From an uncultured Planctomycetaceae bacterium (lineage in GTDB: Bacteria; Planctomycetota; Planctomycetia; Pirellulales; Thermoguttaceae): a stretch of DNA of 39,503 nt. The DNA is taken from positions 1 through 39,503 of the forward strand of contig CAZRGJ010000001.1 of NCBI GenBank assembly GCA_964599445.1. Reading direction: 5' to 3'. The first letter of the stretch is position 1; the number at the start of each line of letters is the position of its first letter. This document shows positions 18,705-26,851 of the stretch, one piece after another. Made by a program: the position numbers and the translations under genes. The notes under the pieces are model-generated. The model did not search any database, had not been told where the DNA came from, and saw only the letters and a list, made by a program, of their open reading frames with translations.

Positions 18705-20048
18705 ATGAACATCCAAAACACACGCCGTCATTTTTTGAAATCGTCTGCCGCAGTTCTTTCGCTGGCTCCCGCACTGAGTGTTCCGGCATTCCTTCCTTCC
18801 GCACGCGGAGAAAACGCTCCCTCCAACCGCATTCGCATAGGGTGCGTCGGCGTAGGAGGCATGGGCTGCTGGGATGCCCACGGACACGCTCAGTATGGTG
18901 AGCTGGCGGCCATGTGTGATGTCGATCAAAGGCATCTGAACAGAGCGGCTGAAAGATTCAAGGTCTCGCCGGAAAACCGGTACGCAGACTACCGCAGGAT
19001 CCTGGACCGGAACGACATCGATGTAGTGGCCTGTGCGACACCGGATCACTGGCACATAAAGATCGCGGTGGAAGCTTTGATGGCGGGAAAGCACGTTTTC
19101 TGCCAGAAACCGCTCACGCTCACCGTTGAGGAAGGTGCCGTCATTCGCCGTGCGTACGAGAAATACCAGAAAGTCTTTCAGGTCGGCACTCAGCAGCGTT
19201 CATTCATCGACCTCTTTGTCCGGGCGGTGAATTTTTGCCGAAAGGGACTTTTGGGAGACATTCGGAAAGTCATCGTTGGACTGCCTGATGAGCCAAAACC
19301 GAACAAACACTACGAACCGTTTTCTCCGGCTCCGGTCCCGGCGGAACTTGACTGGAATCAATGGCTCGGGCAGGCTCCGTGGACGGAGTACATTCCGGAA
19401 CGCTGCCACCGAATGTACCGCTACTGGTTCGAGTATGCGAGCGGCATCATTGCCGACTGGGGCGCGCACCACATCGACATTGCGCTCTGGGCACTGGACA
19501 TGGACAGGAAAGGCGTGGGGCCGATCTCCATCGACGGACGTGATTCCCGTGCCCTCTGCGGATATGATGAAAAAGGAATGCCGGACACGGACCGGATGTA
19601 CAATACGCCGAACGAGTTCGATTTTATCTGCCGCTTTGAAAACGGCATCGAAATGCACGTCACGACCCGTGCGGACAATGGGATCCTTTTTGAAGGAACG
19701 AAAGGCCGGATCTTCGTGGACCGCGGCCGGATCACGGGAAAACCGGTCGAAGAGAAGTGGGACGACGGGCAGTTTACCGATGAGGATAAGACCGCGCTTT
19801 ACGGCGTTGCCCCGATGAACGACCACAAAGCCTACCTTTACCGCAGTATTCGCGAGGGTGTGCCGTGCATTTCCGACCCGGTCAGCCACGTGCAGGCGAT
19901 GAACATTGCGCATCTTTGCGGGATCGCCGCGCGTCTGAAGCGGGAGATCCGCTGGGACCCGGTCAACGAATGCGTCGTGGGGGACCCGCTCGCGCAGTCT
20001 TTCATTTCCCGCGAACAGCGCAAGGGGTTTGAGATCCCGCAGGTTTGA
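18705..20048 (+). CDS. Tat-signal Gfo/Idh/MocA family NAD-binding oxidoreductase (possibly GH109-like)
   Basis: Twin-arginine signal MNIQNTRRHFLKSSAAVLSLA followed by the Rossmann motif IRIGCVGVGGMG. Start placed at ATG 18705. Confidence 0.85.
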   Translation: MNIQNTRRHFLKSSAAVLSLAPALSVPAFLPSARGENAPSNRIRIGCVGVGGMGCWDAHGHAQYGELAAMCDVDQRHLNRAAERFKVSPENRYADYRRILDRNDIDVVACATPDHWHIKIAVEALMAGKHVFCQKPLTLTVEEGAVIRRAYEKYQKVFQVGTQQRSFIDLFVRAVNFCRKGLLGDIRKVIVGLPDEPKPNKHYEPFSPAPVPAELDWNQWLGQAPWTEYIPERCHRMYRYWFEYASGIIADWGAHHIDIALWALDMDRKGVGPISIDGRDSRALCGYDEKGMPDTDRMYNTPNEFDFICRFENGIEMHVTTRADNGILFEGTKGRIFVDRGRITGKPVEEKWDDGQFTDEDKTALYGVAPMNDHKAYLYRSIREGVPCISDPVSHVQAMNIAHLCGIAARLKREIRWDPVNECVVGDPLAQSFISREQRKGFEIPQV

Positions 20049-20077
20049 TTTTCCAGTCGTCCGCAGCTCTCTGTCTT

Positions 20078-20106
20078 TGCCTTCCGGAAACTTCATTCGG
20101 AAGGCA
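20078..20106. terminator. Hairpin between the convergent oxidoreductase and SMR genes (no U-tract)
   Basis: 9-bp stem tgccttccg / cggaaggca with an 11-nt loop. Confidence 0.35.
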
Positions 20107-20114
20107 TCGCCAAT

Positions 20115-20426
20115 TTAAAGCAGCTTCAATCCTGCGGCACCGCAGAGGATGAGAAAGATGCAGAGGAGTTTGGCGGCAGAAACCGGCGCACCGAAAAAGC
20201 AGATCTCCAGCATGGCCGTCCCAACGATCCCGAGTCCTGTCCAGATCGCGTAAGCGGCGGCGACGGGGATCTTCCGGATCGCCAGAGAGAGAAAAAAGAC
20301 GCCCAGACACATGATGAAAAGCGACGCGGCCGTGTGACCGAGCCGGCTGAAACCGTCTGAAAGTTTCATTTCCAGCACAAATCCGATCTCTGCGCACGCC
20401 GCCAAAAGAAGAAAGCTCCAGCTCAC
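20115..20426 (-). CDS. sugE: SMR-family small multidrug resistance protein, SugE/Gdx-type guanidinium exporter
   Basis: 103 aa from GTG 20426, preceded by AAGGAG at 6-nt spacing. The sequence VSWSFLLLAACAEIGFVLEMKLSDGFSRLG...AAAYAIWTGLGIVGTA has the SMR four-helix layout with the conserved membrane Glu. A guanidine-II riboswitch lies immediately upstream. Confidence 0.85.
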   Translation of the reverse strand: MSWSFLLLAACAEIGFVLEMKLSDGFSRLGHTAASLFIMCLGVFFLSLAIRKIPVAAAYAIWTGLGIVGTAMLEICFFGAPVSAAKLLCIFLILCGAAGLKLL

Positions 20427-20454
20427 AAAACGCTCCTTTTCGCACTGGATTTTT

Positions 20455-20497
20455 CGGGGCCGTCCCCGGATGCACACTCCATTCAGGGCCGTCCCTG
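20455..20497 (-). promoter_or_regulatory. Guanidine-II (mini-ykkC) riboswitch
   Basis: The minus strand carries two hairpins with ACGG tetraloops closed by G-C pairs. They are CAGGG-ACGG-CCCUG (20497..20484) and CGGGG-ACGG-CCCCG (20468..20455), joined by a 15-nt linker. The AAGGAG SD and GTG start of the SMR gene follow ~16 nt downstream. Confidence 0.8.
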
Positions 20498-20545
20498 AAC
20501 TCGAAACGCTCCAGATACGCAAAAGAACGCATCTTTGGAGCTCTC

Positions 20546-20573
20546 ATTTTAGCTTTTTTCTGTTTTTTGTCAA
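20546..20573 (-). promoter_or_regulatory. Sigma70-like promoter driving the riboswitch and sugE
   Basis: On the minus strand: TTGACA (20573..20568), a 16-nt spacer, then TAAAAT (20551..20546), ~45 nt upstream of the first riboswitch hairpin. Confidence 0.6.
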
Positions 20574-20647
20574 GCGAATCTGCTGAAATTGAAGAAATTT
20601 TCCGGGCCAAGCAGCAGCTTGTCGTCAACCGCCGTCAAGTGCTCCGC

Positions 20648-20693
20648 AAAAAAAGAGCCTCTTCGGAAGATCAACGCTCCAAAGAGGCTCTTT
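20648..20693 (-). terminator. Rho-independent terminator of the metallopeptidase-like gene
   Basis: On the minus strand: 10-bp stem agagccucuu / aagaggcucu, an 18-nt loop, then a T7 run. Confidence 0.7.
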
Positions 20694-20778
20694 CAATATC
20701 CCGCAGGCCATGGGCGGTCTCGCAGTTCAGAAACATCCGCAGATCCATGGATCTGGAAGCTGCGGAACATTTCCGTGT

Positions 20779-22221
20779 CTATTTTTCGTCATTCTTTTTC
20801 TGACGAATGACCTGAATGCCGATTCCCGCTTTCTGGTAGTCCGCATCGCAGGCAAAGAATTCAAAATGTTCCGCATTCGGAGCGGTTTTTCCGGCAATTT
20901 CCCAGAAATGGAAACTCTTTTCCCGAATCGGTTTTTCTGCATCCGCGTCCATTTCAGGAGTCCAGATCCAGAATCGCTCACCGTTCGCGGAACAGGCAAA
21001 GAACTGAATGCCGTCTTCGGCTTTAATGGTCAGTATCCCGGTCTGGTGGTTCATCTCGACGCGCACTTTTTCTCGATCCCGCTCTGCCGGCGCACTGTCC
21101 TGAAAGTAGGGATTCCAATTCAGCTGCGGTGCGTTTTTCGGTCCCCACAGTGCGATCTCATCGTCGCGGAACACGTACCATTCCGGATTGTACGCGTGCG
21201 GTGCTTCCCGTATCAGAAACGCACGATTGAACCGGTCATGTCCGCGCGTCATGATGTCGTGCATATCATTGGAGTGCGGCAGGTCAAACGTATGGCCGAT
21301 CTCATGAAGAGCCGCTCCCATCGTCGTGGATGCCGCACCCCAGAAGCAGCTTCTTCCAACGGAATCATCCTGAAAATGCGCACGGTCGATCCGCGTCGAG
21401 TCCTGAAATGCGGCCGTGACGTCATTGAGAGAATCCGGCCACGTGAAGATGTTCGCGCTTCCGAACATCGCCTGCCCCGAGCTGCCGCCCAGTGCCGTGT
21501 GTCCGGGAACGAGACTTTTTCCGGGAACGAAACGGGAGTACGCCGGGATCACGAGATTGCGTGCCTGCGCCATGGGGTACGTTTCGCGGATTTCTTCGTA
21601 GACCGTAAGGTACCATTGATTGTCGCCGTGCTCTTCCTGGATCCGATAGTATTCTTCGGCCGTGAGCTTTCCCTTGACGACGTGCACGATGACGTCGCCG
21701 TTTTCGTCAAATTCCAGATTGAACGTCTTCCGTCCGTATCCGGCATCGTTCATGCGTTCGGCCGTGAATGCCTGCATCAGCTTGGCGGCCGTGTCGAGTT
21801 TCCCGCGGAAATTCTGCGGATCATCTTTTTTCTGCGACTGGAATTCGGTGTTTCCGGTGGAGTCCGTCATGTAGATCATGCGCACGACGAGCGGATTTTC
21901 GTTTTTCCGGTAGGTGAGCTTCAGTGTTTTTTCTTCCGGACCGCTTTTCAGCACGAGCGTGTTTTCTCCCGGAACGAGTTCCGCCAGGACTTTGAATTTC
22001 CCGCCAAATGCCGATCCGTTCAGGATCCGCGTATTTTTCTGCGATGACGTATTTTCGCACTGGATCTCCGTCAGCGACGCATCTTCCGTTGTGCCGTAGA
22101 TCAGCGCGACCGGATAGTCAATGACGGTTCCGTCAGAATAATTGGTCACTTCCAGCGCAAATATCGAAGACTGTACTGCCAGCCAGAGCAGTGCAAAAAG
22201 AAAAATGAAATGGGATTTCAT
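20779..22221 (-). CDS. Secreted zinc metallopeptidase-like protein (HExxHxxxxxH, metzincin-like; family uncertain)
   Basis: Signal peptide MKSHFIFLFALLWLAVQSSIFA. Zinc-binding motif AALHEIGHTFDLPH followed by a possible Met-turn (DIMT). An N-terminal Ig-like segment precedes the catalytic domain. The layout resembles the uncharacterised 'putative peptidase' family that includes yeast YIL108W; this is from memory and unverified. Confidence 0.6.
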   Translation of the reverse strand: MKSHFIFLFALLWLAVQSSIFALEVTNYSDGTVIDYPVALIYGTTEDASLTEIQCENTSSQKNTRILNGSAFGGKFKVLAELVPGENTLVLKSGPEEKTLKLTYRKNENPLVVRMIYMTDSTGNTEFQSQKKDDPQNFRGKLDTAAKLMQAFTAERMNDAGYGRKTFNLEFDENGDVIVHVVKGKLTAEEYYRIQEEHGDNQWYLTVYEEIRETYPMAQARNLVIPAYSRFVPGKSLVPGHTALGGSSGQAMFGSANIFTWPDSLNDVTAAFQDSTRIDRAHFQDDSVGRSCFWGAASTTMGAALHEIGHTFDLPHSNDMHDIMTRGHDRFNRAFLIREAPHAYNPEWYVFRDDEIALWGPKNAPQLNWNPYFQDSAPAERDREKVRVEMNHQTGILTIKAEDGIQFFACSANGERFWIWTPEMDADAEKPIREKSFHFWEIAGKTAPNAEHFEFFACDADYQKAGIGIQVIRQKKNDEK

Positions 22222-22261
22222 GGGGCATCCTCACACAATTTCATAAAAAAAGTCTGAAAAT

Positions 22262-22307
22262 AAAAAAACGGCTGGACCAGCGAACGCCGTCCGCTTTCGT
22301 CCAGCCG
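22262..22307 (-). terminator. Rho-independent terminator after the 568-aa secreted protein gene
   Basis: On the minus strand: 9-bp stem cggcuggac / guccagccg followed by a T7 run, 13 nt after the stop at 22320. Confidence 0.7.
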
Positions 22308-22319
22308 CAGGGTCCTGCA

Positions 22320-24026
22320 TTATTTTTCGGCTGCATCACGAGCCAAAACCAGCATTTCGAGGATTTTTGCCGGAATTTCCGTCACGATCTCCACGCCGTC
22401 GGTAAGCGGAGCGACCTGAAGCGAGACTTCCGCCTCACCCACTTTGGCGAGTTTTTCCTTAAGTTCCGCCGGGATCTTTCCGCAGGCACTGGCGACCGTC
22501 ACGATGTCCTGAGCCGCGATCCGCATACTGAATACCGGGGCAGCGGCTTTCTGCGTTTCGTTCTGGATGCTGTTTTTAAGCGTTTCCAGTGCGTTGGTCC
22601 CAATTGCCGAGTAGACCGCATTCGGGGTGAAGATGATGCAGGCGGGGACTTTGCCGTCAAACAGAGTGTTCACATTTTCCGGAAGCGGTTTTTCCGGAAC
22701 GAAATTCGCAGAATAGATGTGCATCGCGCCGTCTTCGGTACGCTTCGCATCCAGGACGTGCTTTTCGAATTTTTCGCCTTTTTTCTTCTTCATGTGTTTC
22801 GCGACCGTCTGGAATTCTTTTTCCAGCGCGTAGCCGTCCGGTACACATCGGGCGGAGGTGAGCGTCAGGCGGGTCTCGTCGGCATAAATCGCTCCGGCGA
22901 TCTCCGTTTCCGGATTGAAGGCGATGCCGCGGAAAAGATCGGAATTCTTTTCGAAGAAACCAAAGACGGCCTTGGCTTTTTCTTCATCCAGACGGGCGAA
23001 GAGCTTTTCCTTCACGTTTTCCATGTGCATGGCCCAGAGTTTGTCGACGTCTTCCGACGCAAATTCTTTCACGTCCGCGTTCAGCTGGTAGGAGGCCAGA
23101 GAGTCTTTCGTGCCGAAATTGGCCAGCGTCGTTTCGCTGCCCTGCGCAAGACGGCGAAGCGTCTTCACGTGACGGAGCGAATCTTTTCCAGTAAAGCGCT
23201 GAACGGATTTCAGGCAATTGGCGTCCGCATCCCAGGAGTAGCTCTGCGTGACCTTGGAGATCGGACTCTCGTACTGATGCCGTTGAGCTGATTCCGCGAG
23301 TTTCTTTAGTTCGGCTTCAAAGATCGACGCCATTTTTTCGCTGAAGCACTTTCCGCGTTTTTTCGCGAGGCATTTTTCCATTTCTTTCATGAATTCTCCA
23401 AAGACATGCGCACGGAGTGCCTGCGGGACGGCATTCACGAAGAACGAGAGCGCAAAATCATTTCCAGCGGCTTCCGTCTGAAGAGTCTGGATCAGGGATT
23501 CCGCAGTCTGCGCGTTGGCCTGCTCTTTGAGCGAAGCAGCGTCGATCTGCGAGACGAAGCACCAGTCTTTGAACGGATAGAGGAACACGGAGTCAGTCCG
23601 GGAATTTTCTCCATCGCCGACCTTCCAGGAGAGCTTCCATCCCCAGTCGCCGAGTTTTTCCTGCGTGACGGATTTCGGAACGAGCGCGAGTGCTTTTTCC
23701 ATGTCGCGGACCGGGATCACTGCGGCCGCAAACGGATGCTTCATTCCTTCCGGGTTCGGGAAGAGGAAAAGACCGACCGGACGGGTCATGTCGATCGCGT
23801 CTTTTACGGTCCCCTGAGAAACGAGGCTCTGGAGCATGACGGCCCCCATGCTGCCCTGAATGTCTTTGCTTTCGGCCGTCAGGTCAACGAGATCTGCCGC
23901 CGCATTTTCAAGACTCTGAACGGAAACCGAAATGACCGGCTGGGGAGCCTGTGCCCAAACGGAACCGACTGCCAATGCCGTTTCCAGCAGGATGGCAAGA
24001 AGACCAAAGTTGAATTTTCTTTTCAT
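22320..24026 (-). CDS. Secreted protein of unknown function (568 aa)
   Basis: Start placed at ATG 24026 (MKRKFNFGLLAILLETALAVGSVWAQA, a signal peptide), preceded by GAAGGGA. Codon usage is consistent with the neighbouring genes. I recognise no family motif. Confidence 0.75.
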   Translation of the reverse strand: MKRKFNFGLLAILLETALAVGSVWAQAPQPVISVSVQSLENAAADLVDLTAESKDIQGSMGAVMLQSLVSQGTVKDAIDMTRPVGLFLFPNPEGMKHPFAAAVIPVRDMEKALALVPKSVTQEKLGDWGWKLSWKVGDGENSRTDSVFLYPFKDWCFVSQIDAASLKEQANAQTAESLIQTLQTEAAGNDFALSFFVNAVPQALRAHVFGEFMKEMEKCLAKKRGKCFSEKMASIFEAELKKLAESAQRHQYESPISKVTQSYSWDADANCLKSVQRFTGKDSLRHVKTLRRLAQGSETTLANFGTKDSLASYQLNADVKEFASEDVDKLWAMHMENVKEKLFARLDEEKAKAVFGFFEKNSDLFRGIAFNPETEIAGAIYADETRLTLTSARCVPDGYALEKEFQTVAKHMKKKKGEKFEKHVLDAKRTEDGAMHIYSANFVPEKPLPENVNTLFDGKVPACIIFTPNAVYSAIGTNALETLKNSIQNETQKAAAPVFSMRIAAQDIVTVASACGKIPAELKEKLAKVGEAEVSLQVAPLTDGVEIVTEIPAKILEMLVLARDAAEK

Positions 24027-24107
24027 GAAAATCTGTCCCTTCTTTCTGTGAAGTCTAAATGAAATCCAATGGGTAAACATTCCCAATGCTCTCCCCAACG
24101 GTATGGT

Positions 24108-25082
24108 CTACTCTTCCTGGAAGATCCACATGAGCGGCACCGAAATGACGCTGGAGGTTTCGTTCCAGAATTCGGTAAATGTACTGTCTTTTGATCGGTT
24201 TTCCTGCGGTCTGTCGATTCCCTCATCCCCTTCTTCATGTCCCGGGACGGACCACATTTCCGTTTGGCTGTCTCTGTTTCGTCCGGCATATGCTGCCGCA
24301 TCGGAAGATGCTGCCGGGTACGGAAGACTTTCAGGCTCTCTTTCGTTTTCTCTCAAATCGCCAGTTCTGCTCTGTTCTTCGATCCCGCTTCGGTCTCCGG
24401 CCAACGTTCCCAGCTGAAAGATCGGCTGCCCTGAAAGAATGAGGACCGACATTTTTTCAAGACTTTGAAGGGAAATTTCCCTCTCCTCTTCCGGCGACGG
24501 CTCTCTTTCCGAAGCGGAGGGGGCGGCGATGCGCACGATCTCAAGAACCTGCTCCGGAAGGATGGTCTCAAGAGAAGACGCAGAGAAAGGAACTTCGCCG
24601 ATCTGCAGAAGATGCGGCTGGAATGGTGCAGAGGAAACCGGGTGGTGCGGTGTTTCGGAATGGGGTCGTTTCGCTTCGCTCAGAACGGGAGAAACCGAAG
24701 AGGGAACCGGAGCCTGGATCCCGGCAGTTCCGGAATTCGAAGCAAGTTTCGGCTCCCGCATCAAACCGGAATGCGGATGCAGAAAAGACCAGATCGCGAT
24801 CCCAAGGCACACCGAGGCACTTACGGCCGTCAGATAGTAGAACGCTGCGGAGATCCGCGTTTTGGATCCAATATTTCCAGACGCGCTCTGCGTTTCTGCT
24901 GAAATTTCTGCTGAAATGGCCAACTTTTCCTTTTGGGAGACATGGAGAGCCTCCGAGCCATACTCCGGCTCGGATCCTGCACAGACTGCCTGCATGATCC
25001 GGCTGAAAAGTTCCTCGGAAAACGTTTCCTGAAGACGCTCTGCGTCTTTCTGGAGGCGGGATCTCAATTCGTTTTCTCTCAT
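24108..25082 (-). CDS. Putative single-pass anti-sigma factor
   Basis: Its start overlaps the sigma-factor stop by 4 nt (ATGA). It has a short cytoplasmic N-terminus, one TM helix (AAFYYLTAVSASVCLGIAIWSFL) and a long low-complexity acidic, Ser/Pro-rich extracytoplasmic region. No HxxxCxxC zinc motif is present. Confidence 0.55.
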   Translation of the reverse strand: MRENELRSRLQKDAERLQETFSEELFSRIMQAVCAGSEPEYGSEALHVSQKEKLAISAEISAETQSASGNIGSKTRISAAFYYLTAVSASVCLGIAIWSFLHPHSGLMREPKLASNSGTAGIQAPVPSSVSPVLSEAKRPHSETPHHPVSSAPFQPHLLQIGEVPFSASSLETILPEQVLEIVRIAAPSASEREPSPEEEREISLQSLEKMSVLILSGQPIFQLGTLAGDRSGIEEQSRTGDLRENEREPESLPYPAASSDAAAYAGRNRDSQTEMWSVPGHEEGDEGIDRPQENRSKDSTFTEFWNETSSVISVPLMWIFQEE

Positions 25083-25645
25083 TCCTGACCCACTTTCAAA
25101 ATATTTTCAAGCTCGTTCCGCGCGCGAAACAGAAGCGTTTTGATTCCGGCGACCGTTCTGCCCGTGATCCGTGCGATCTCGGACTGAGGTTTTTCTTCAA
25201 CATAGAAAAGCCACAAAATTTCCGCCTGCTCGGCAGACAGATGCATTCGGATGATCTCCCAAAGATTTTGAGCATCTTCCCGACGTTCCATTTCCTGAAG
25301 CGCAACGTCTTCCATCCCCAATCCCCACTCTTCAAAATCCACATTCTGCGGAAAAGGATGTTCCGAAACCGATTTCGACCGTTTTCGGAAAAAAAGAGCA
25401 TTCTGCTGATGCGCGATCGCAAGAAGCCACGTCGAAAAGCTCCAATCCGAGCAGTAGGTCCCGAGCGATTTCCAGGCTCGAAAAAAAGTTTCCTGCGTCA
25501 GATCCTGAGCATCTTCTGCCGAATGGCTGAGGTTGAAGTAGCGTTGGATCCTCGTCTGATGGCGGCGGACCAACTCTCCAAAACTCATGGGATCCCCGCT
25601 TCGCGCGGCTTCGACGAGGACTTGATCTGAAGGAAACGGATTCAT
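25079..25645 (-). CDS. ECF-type RNA polymerase sigma-70 factor
   Basis: Region 2 (DAQDLTQETFFRAWKSL) and region 4 helix-turn-helix (SEIARITGRTVAGIKTLLFRARNEL). 188 aa. AGGAG RBS upstream. Confidence 0.9.
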   Translation of the reverse strand: MNPFPSDQVLVEAARSGDPMSFGELVRRHQTRIQRYFNLSHSAEDAQDLTQETFFRAWKSLGTYCSDWSFSTWLLAIAHQQNALFFRKRSKSVSEHPFPQNVDFEEWGLGMEDVALQEMERREDAQNLWEIIRMHLSAEQAEILWLFYVEEKPQSEIARITGRTVAGIKTLLFRARNELENILKVGQE

Positions 25646-25854
25646 TTTTCTCCTGCGGCACTAAAAATGTTGGACTCTGCTTTCATTATATTCTCATTTC
25701 AGGGAGCAGGTTTCAGAATTTTTTGATTTTTCAAAATTTTCTCCAGAATGCGGTGAAATTTGCGGAATGCGGATAGCCGTGCAATTGCCGGGTGGTCCCA
25801 AAAACGCTTCAGGGAAAAGTGCTCAGAAAAAACGCATGAGAAATGCAGTCCGCG

Positions 25855-25895
25855 AAAACGCAGTCCGCCGTCGTTCCCATGTTCCGCGGACTGCG
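25855..25895 (-). terminator. Hairpin terminator downstream of the ferredoxin-nitroreductase gene
   Basis: 10-bp stem cgcagtccgc / gcggactgcg with a 17-nt loop. TTTT follows on the minus strand and a T7 run lies nearby on the plus strand. A second direct copy of the arm (25845..25854) could pair instead. Confidence 0.5.
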
Positions 25896-25911
25896 AGTGA
25901 GTTTTTTTGCC

Positions 25912-26802
25912 TTAGTCCAGCCAGCGGATCTCCGGAAATTCACGCACCGGCGCAAAATGGTACTGGACCGCCGGGATCCCGACTGCCAGACCGCCTGCGA
26001 GCTGATGGTCTTTCGGAAGCTGAAGCAGTTTCCCAATGGCCGGATTTTCCTGTGCGGCCCAGGTCACGAATCCGACGTAGAAGGAACCAAGTCCCAGCGC
26101 GTGTGCCGCAAGTGCCGCATTCTGAAGCGCAAGCTGAGCGTCTCCCTGCGCAAACGGACTTCCCTTCACGCTGTGGTGAGCGATCAGCAGGGCCGGTGCA
26201 TCGTAAAGGATCAGGTCCCGGGTCTCAGAGGCCTTCAGAAGCGAGCGCATCATCGGGATCCGATCGTAGTTTCGGCCTGCGGACGAACGCGGGAAGAGTT
26301 TGGCGGCCAGAAAACCGAACGGGGATTCCAGAAGAGCCAGACCTTTCCGAAGGACCGAGAGCGTCTCCAGCCGGATCTGGAGCAGGATCTCCGGATCCGA
26401 GACGACCGTCCAATGCACATGCCGGCCATTGCACGCCGTCGGAGCGGTTTCTGCCGTTTGAAGGATCTGCGCGATCTGTTTCCGGGGAACCGGAGCGTGC
26501 TGGAATTTCCTCACAGAACGGCGAGTCGACGCCAGTTGATGGAAATTTTCCCAGCTCGGCAAAGAATCTTCCGGGATCGGGAGTTTTGCTTCCGGGGGAA
26601 AGGCAGAGTGCTCGATCGCCTCCGCGGGGCAAAGACAGACACAGTGCCCGCACTGGATGCACGCTTCCGGATGAGGAACGACCGGAACGTCCGACGGTTC
26701 ATGCTCTGCACTCCCTTCCGGCGACCAGATGAAAAGGTGTGCCGGACAGATTTCCGTGCAAAGGGAACAGTGAATGCAGTTTGAAGTGACCTGGATCTCC
26801 AT
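25912..26802 (-). CDS. 2x[4Fe-4S] ferredoxin domain fused to a nitroreductase-family domain
   Basis: Two cluster motifs, CIHCSLCTEICP and CIQCGHCVCLCP, followed by nitroreductase-like RRSVRKFQHAPVPRKQIAQILQTAETAPTACNG. Start placed at ATG 26802, preceded by GAGGAG. Confidence 0.8.
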   Translation of the reverse strand: MEIQVTSNCIHCSLCTEICPAHLFIWSPEGSAEHEPSDVPVVPHPEACIQCGHCVCLCPAEAIEHSAFPPEAKLPIPEDSLPSWENFHQLASTRRSVRKFQHAPVPRKQIAQILQTAETAPTACNGRHVHWTVVSDPEILLQIRLETLSVLRKGLALLESPFGFLAAKLFPRSSAGRNYDRIPMMRSLLKASETRDLILYDAPALLIAHHSVKGSPFAQGDAQLALQNAALAAHALGLGSFYVGFVTWAAQENPAIGKLLQLPKDHQLAGGLAVGIPAVQYHFAPVREFPEIRWLD

Positions 26803-26818
26803 TTTTTTCTCCTCACGC

Positions 26819-26851
26819 AAAAAATGGAGGAGTCTCGCTGGAAACTCCTCC
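26819..26851 (-). terminator. Hairpin plus U-tract between the DAHP synthase and nitroreductase genes (terminator or attenuator)
   Basis: On the minus strand: ggaggagu / acuccucc 8-bp stem with a 10-nt loop, then aUUUUUU. It ends only ~5 nt before the GAGGAG RBS of the next gene. Confidence 0.55.
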
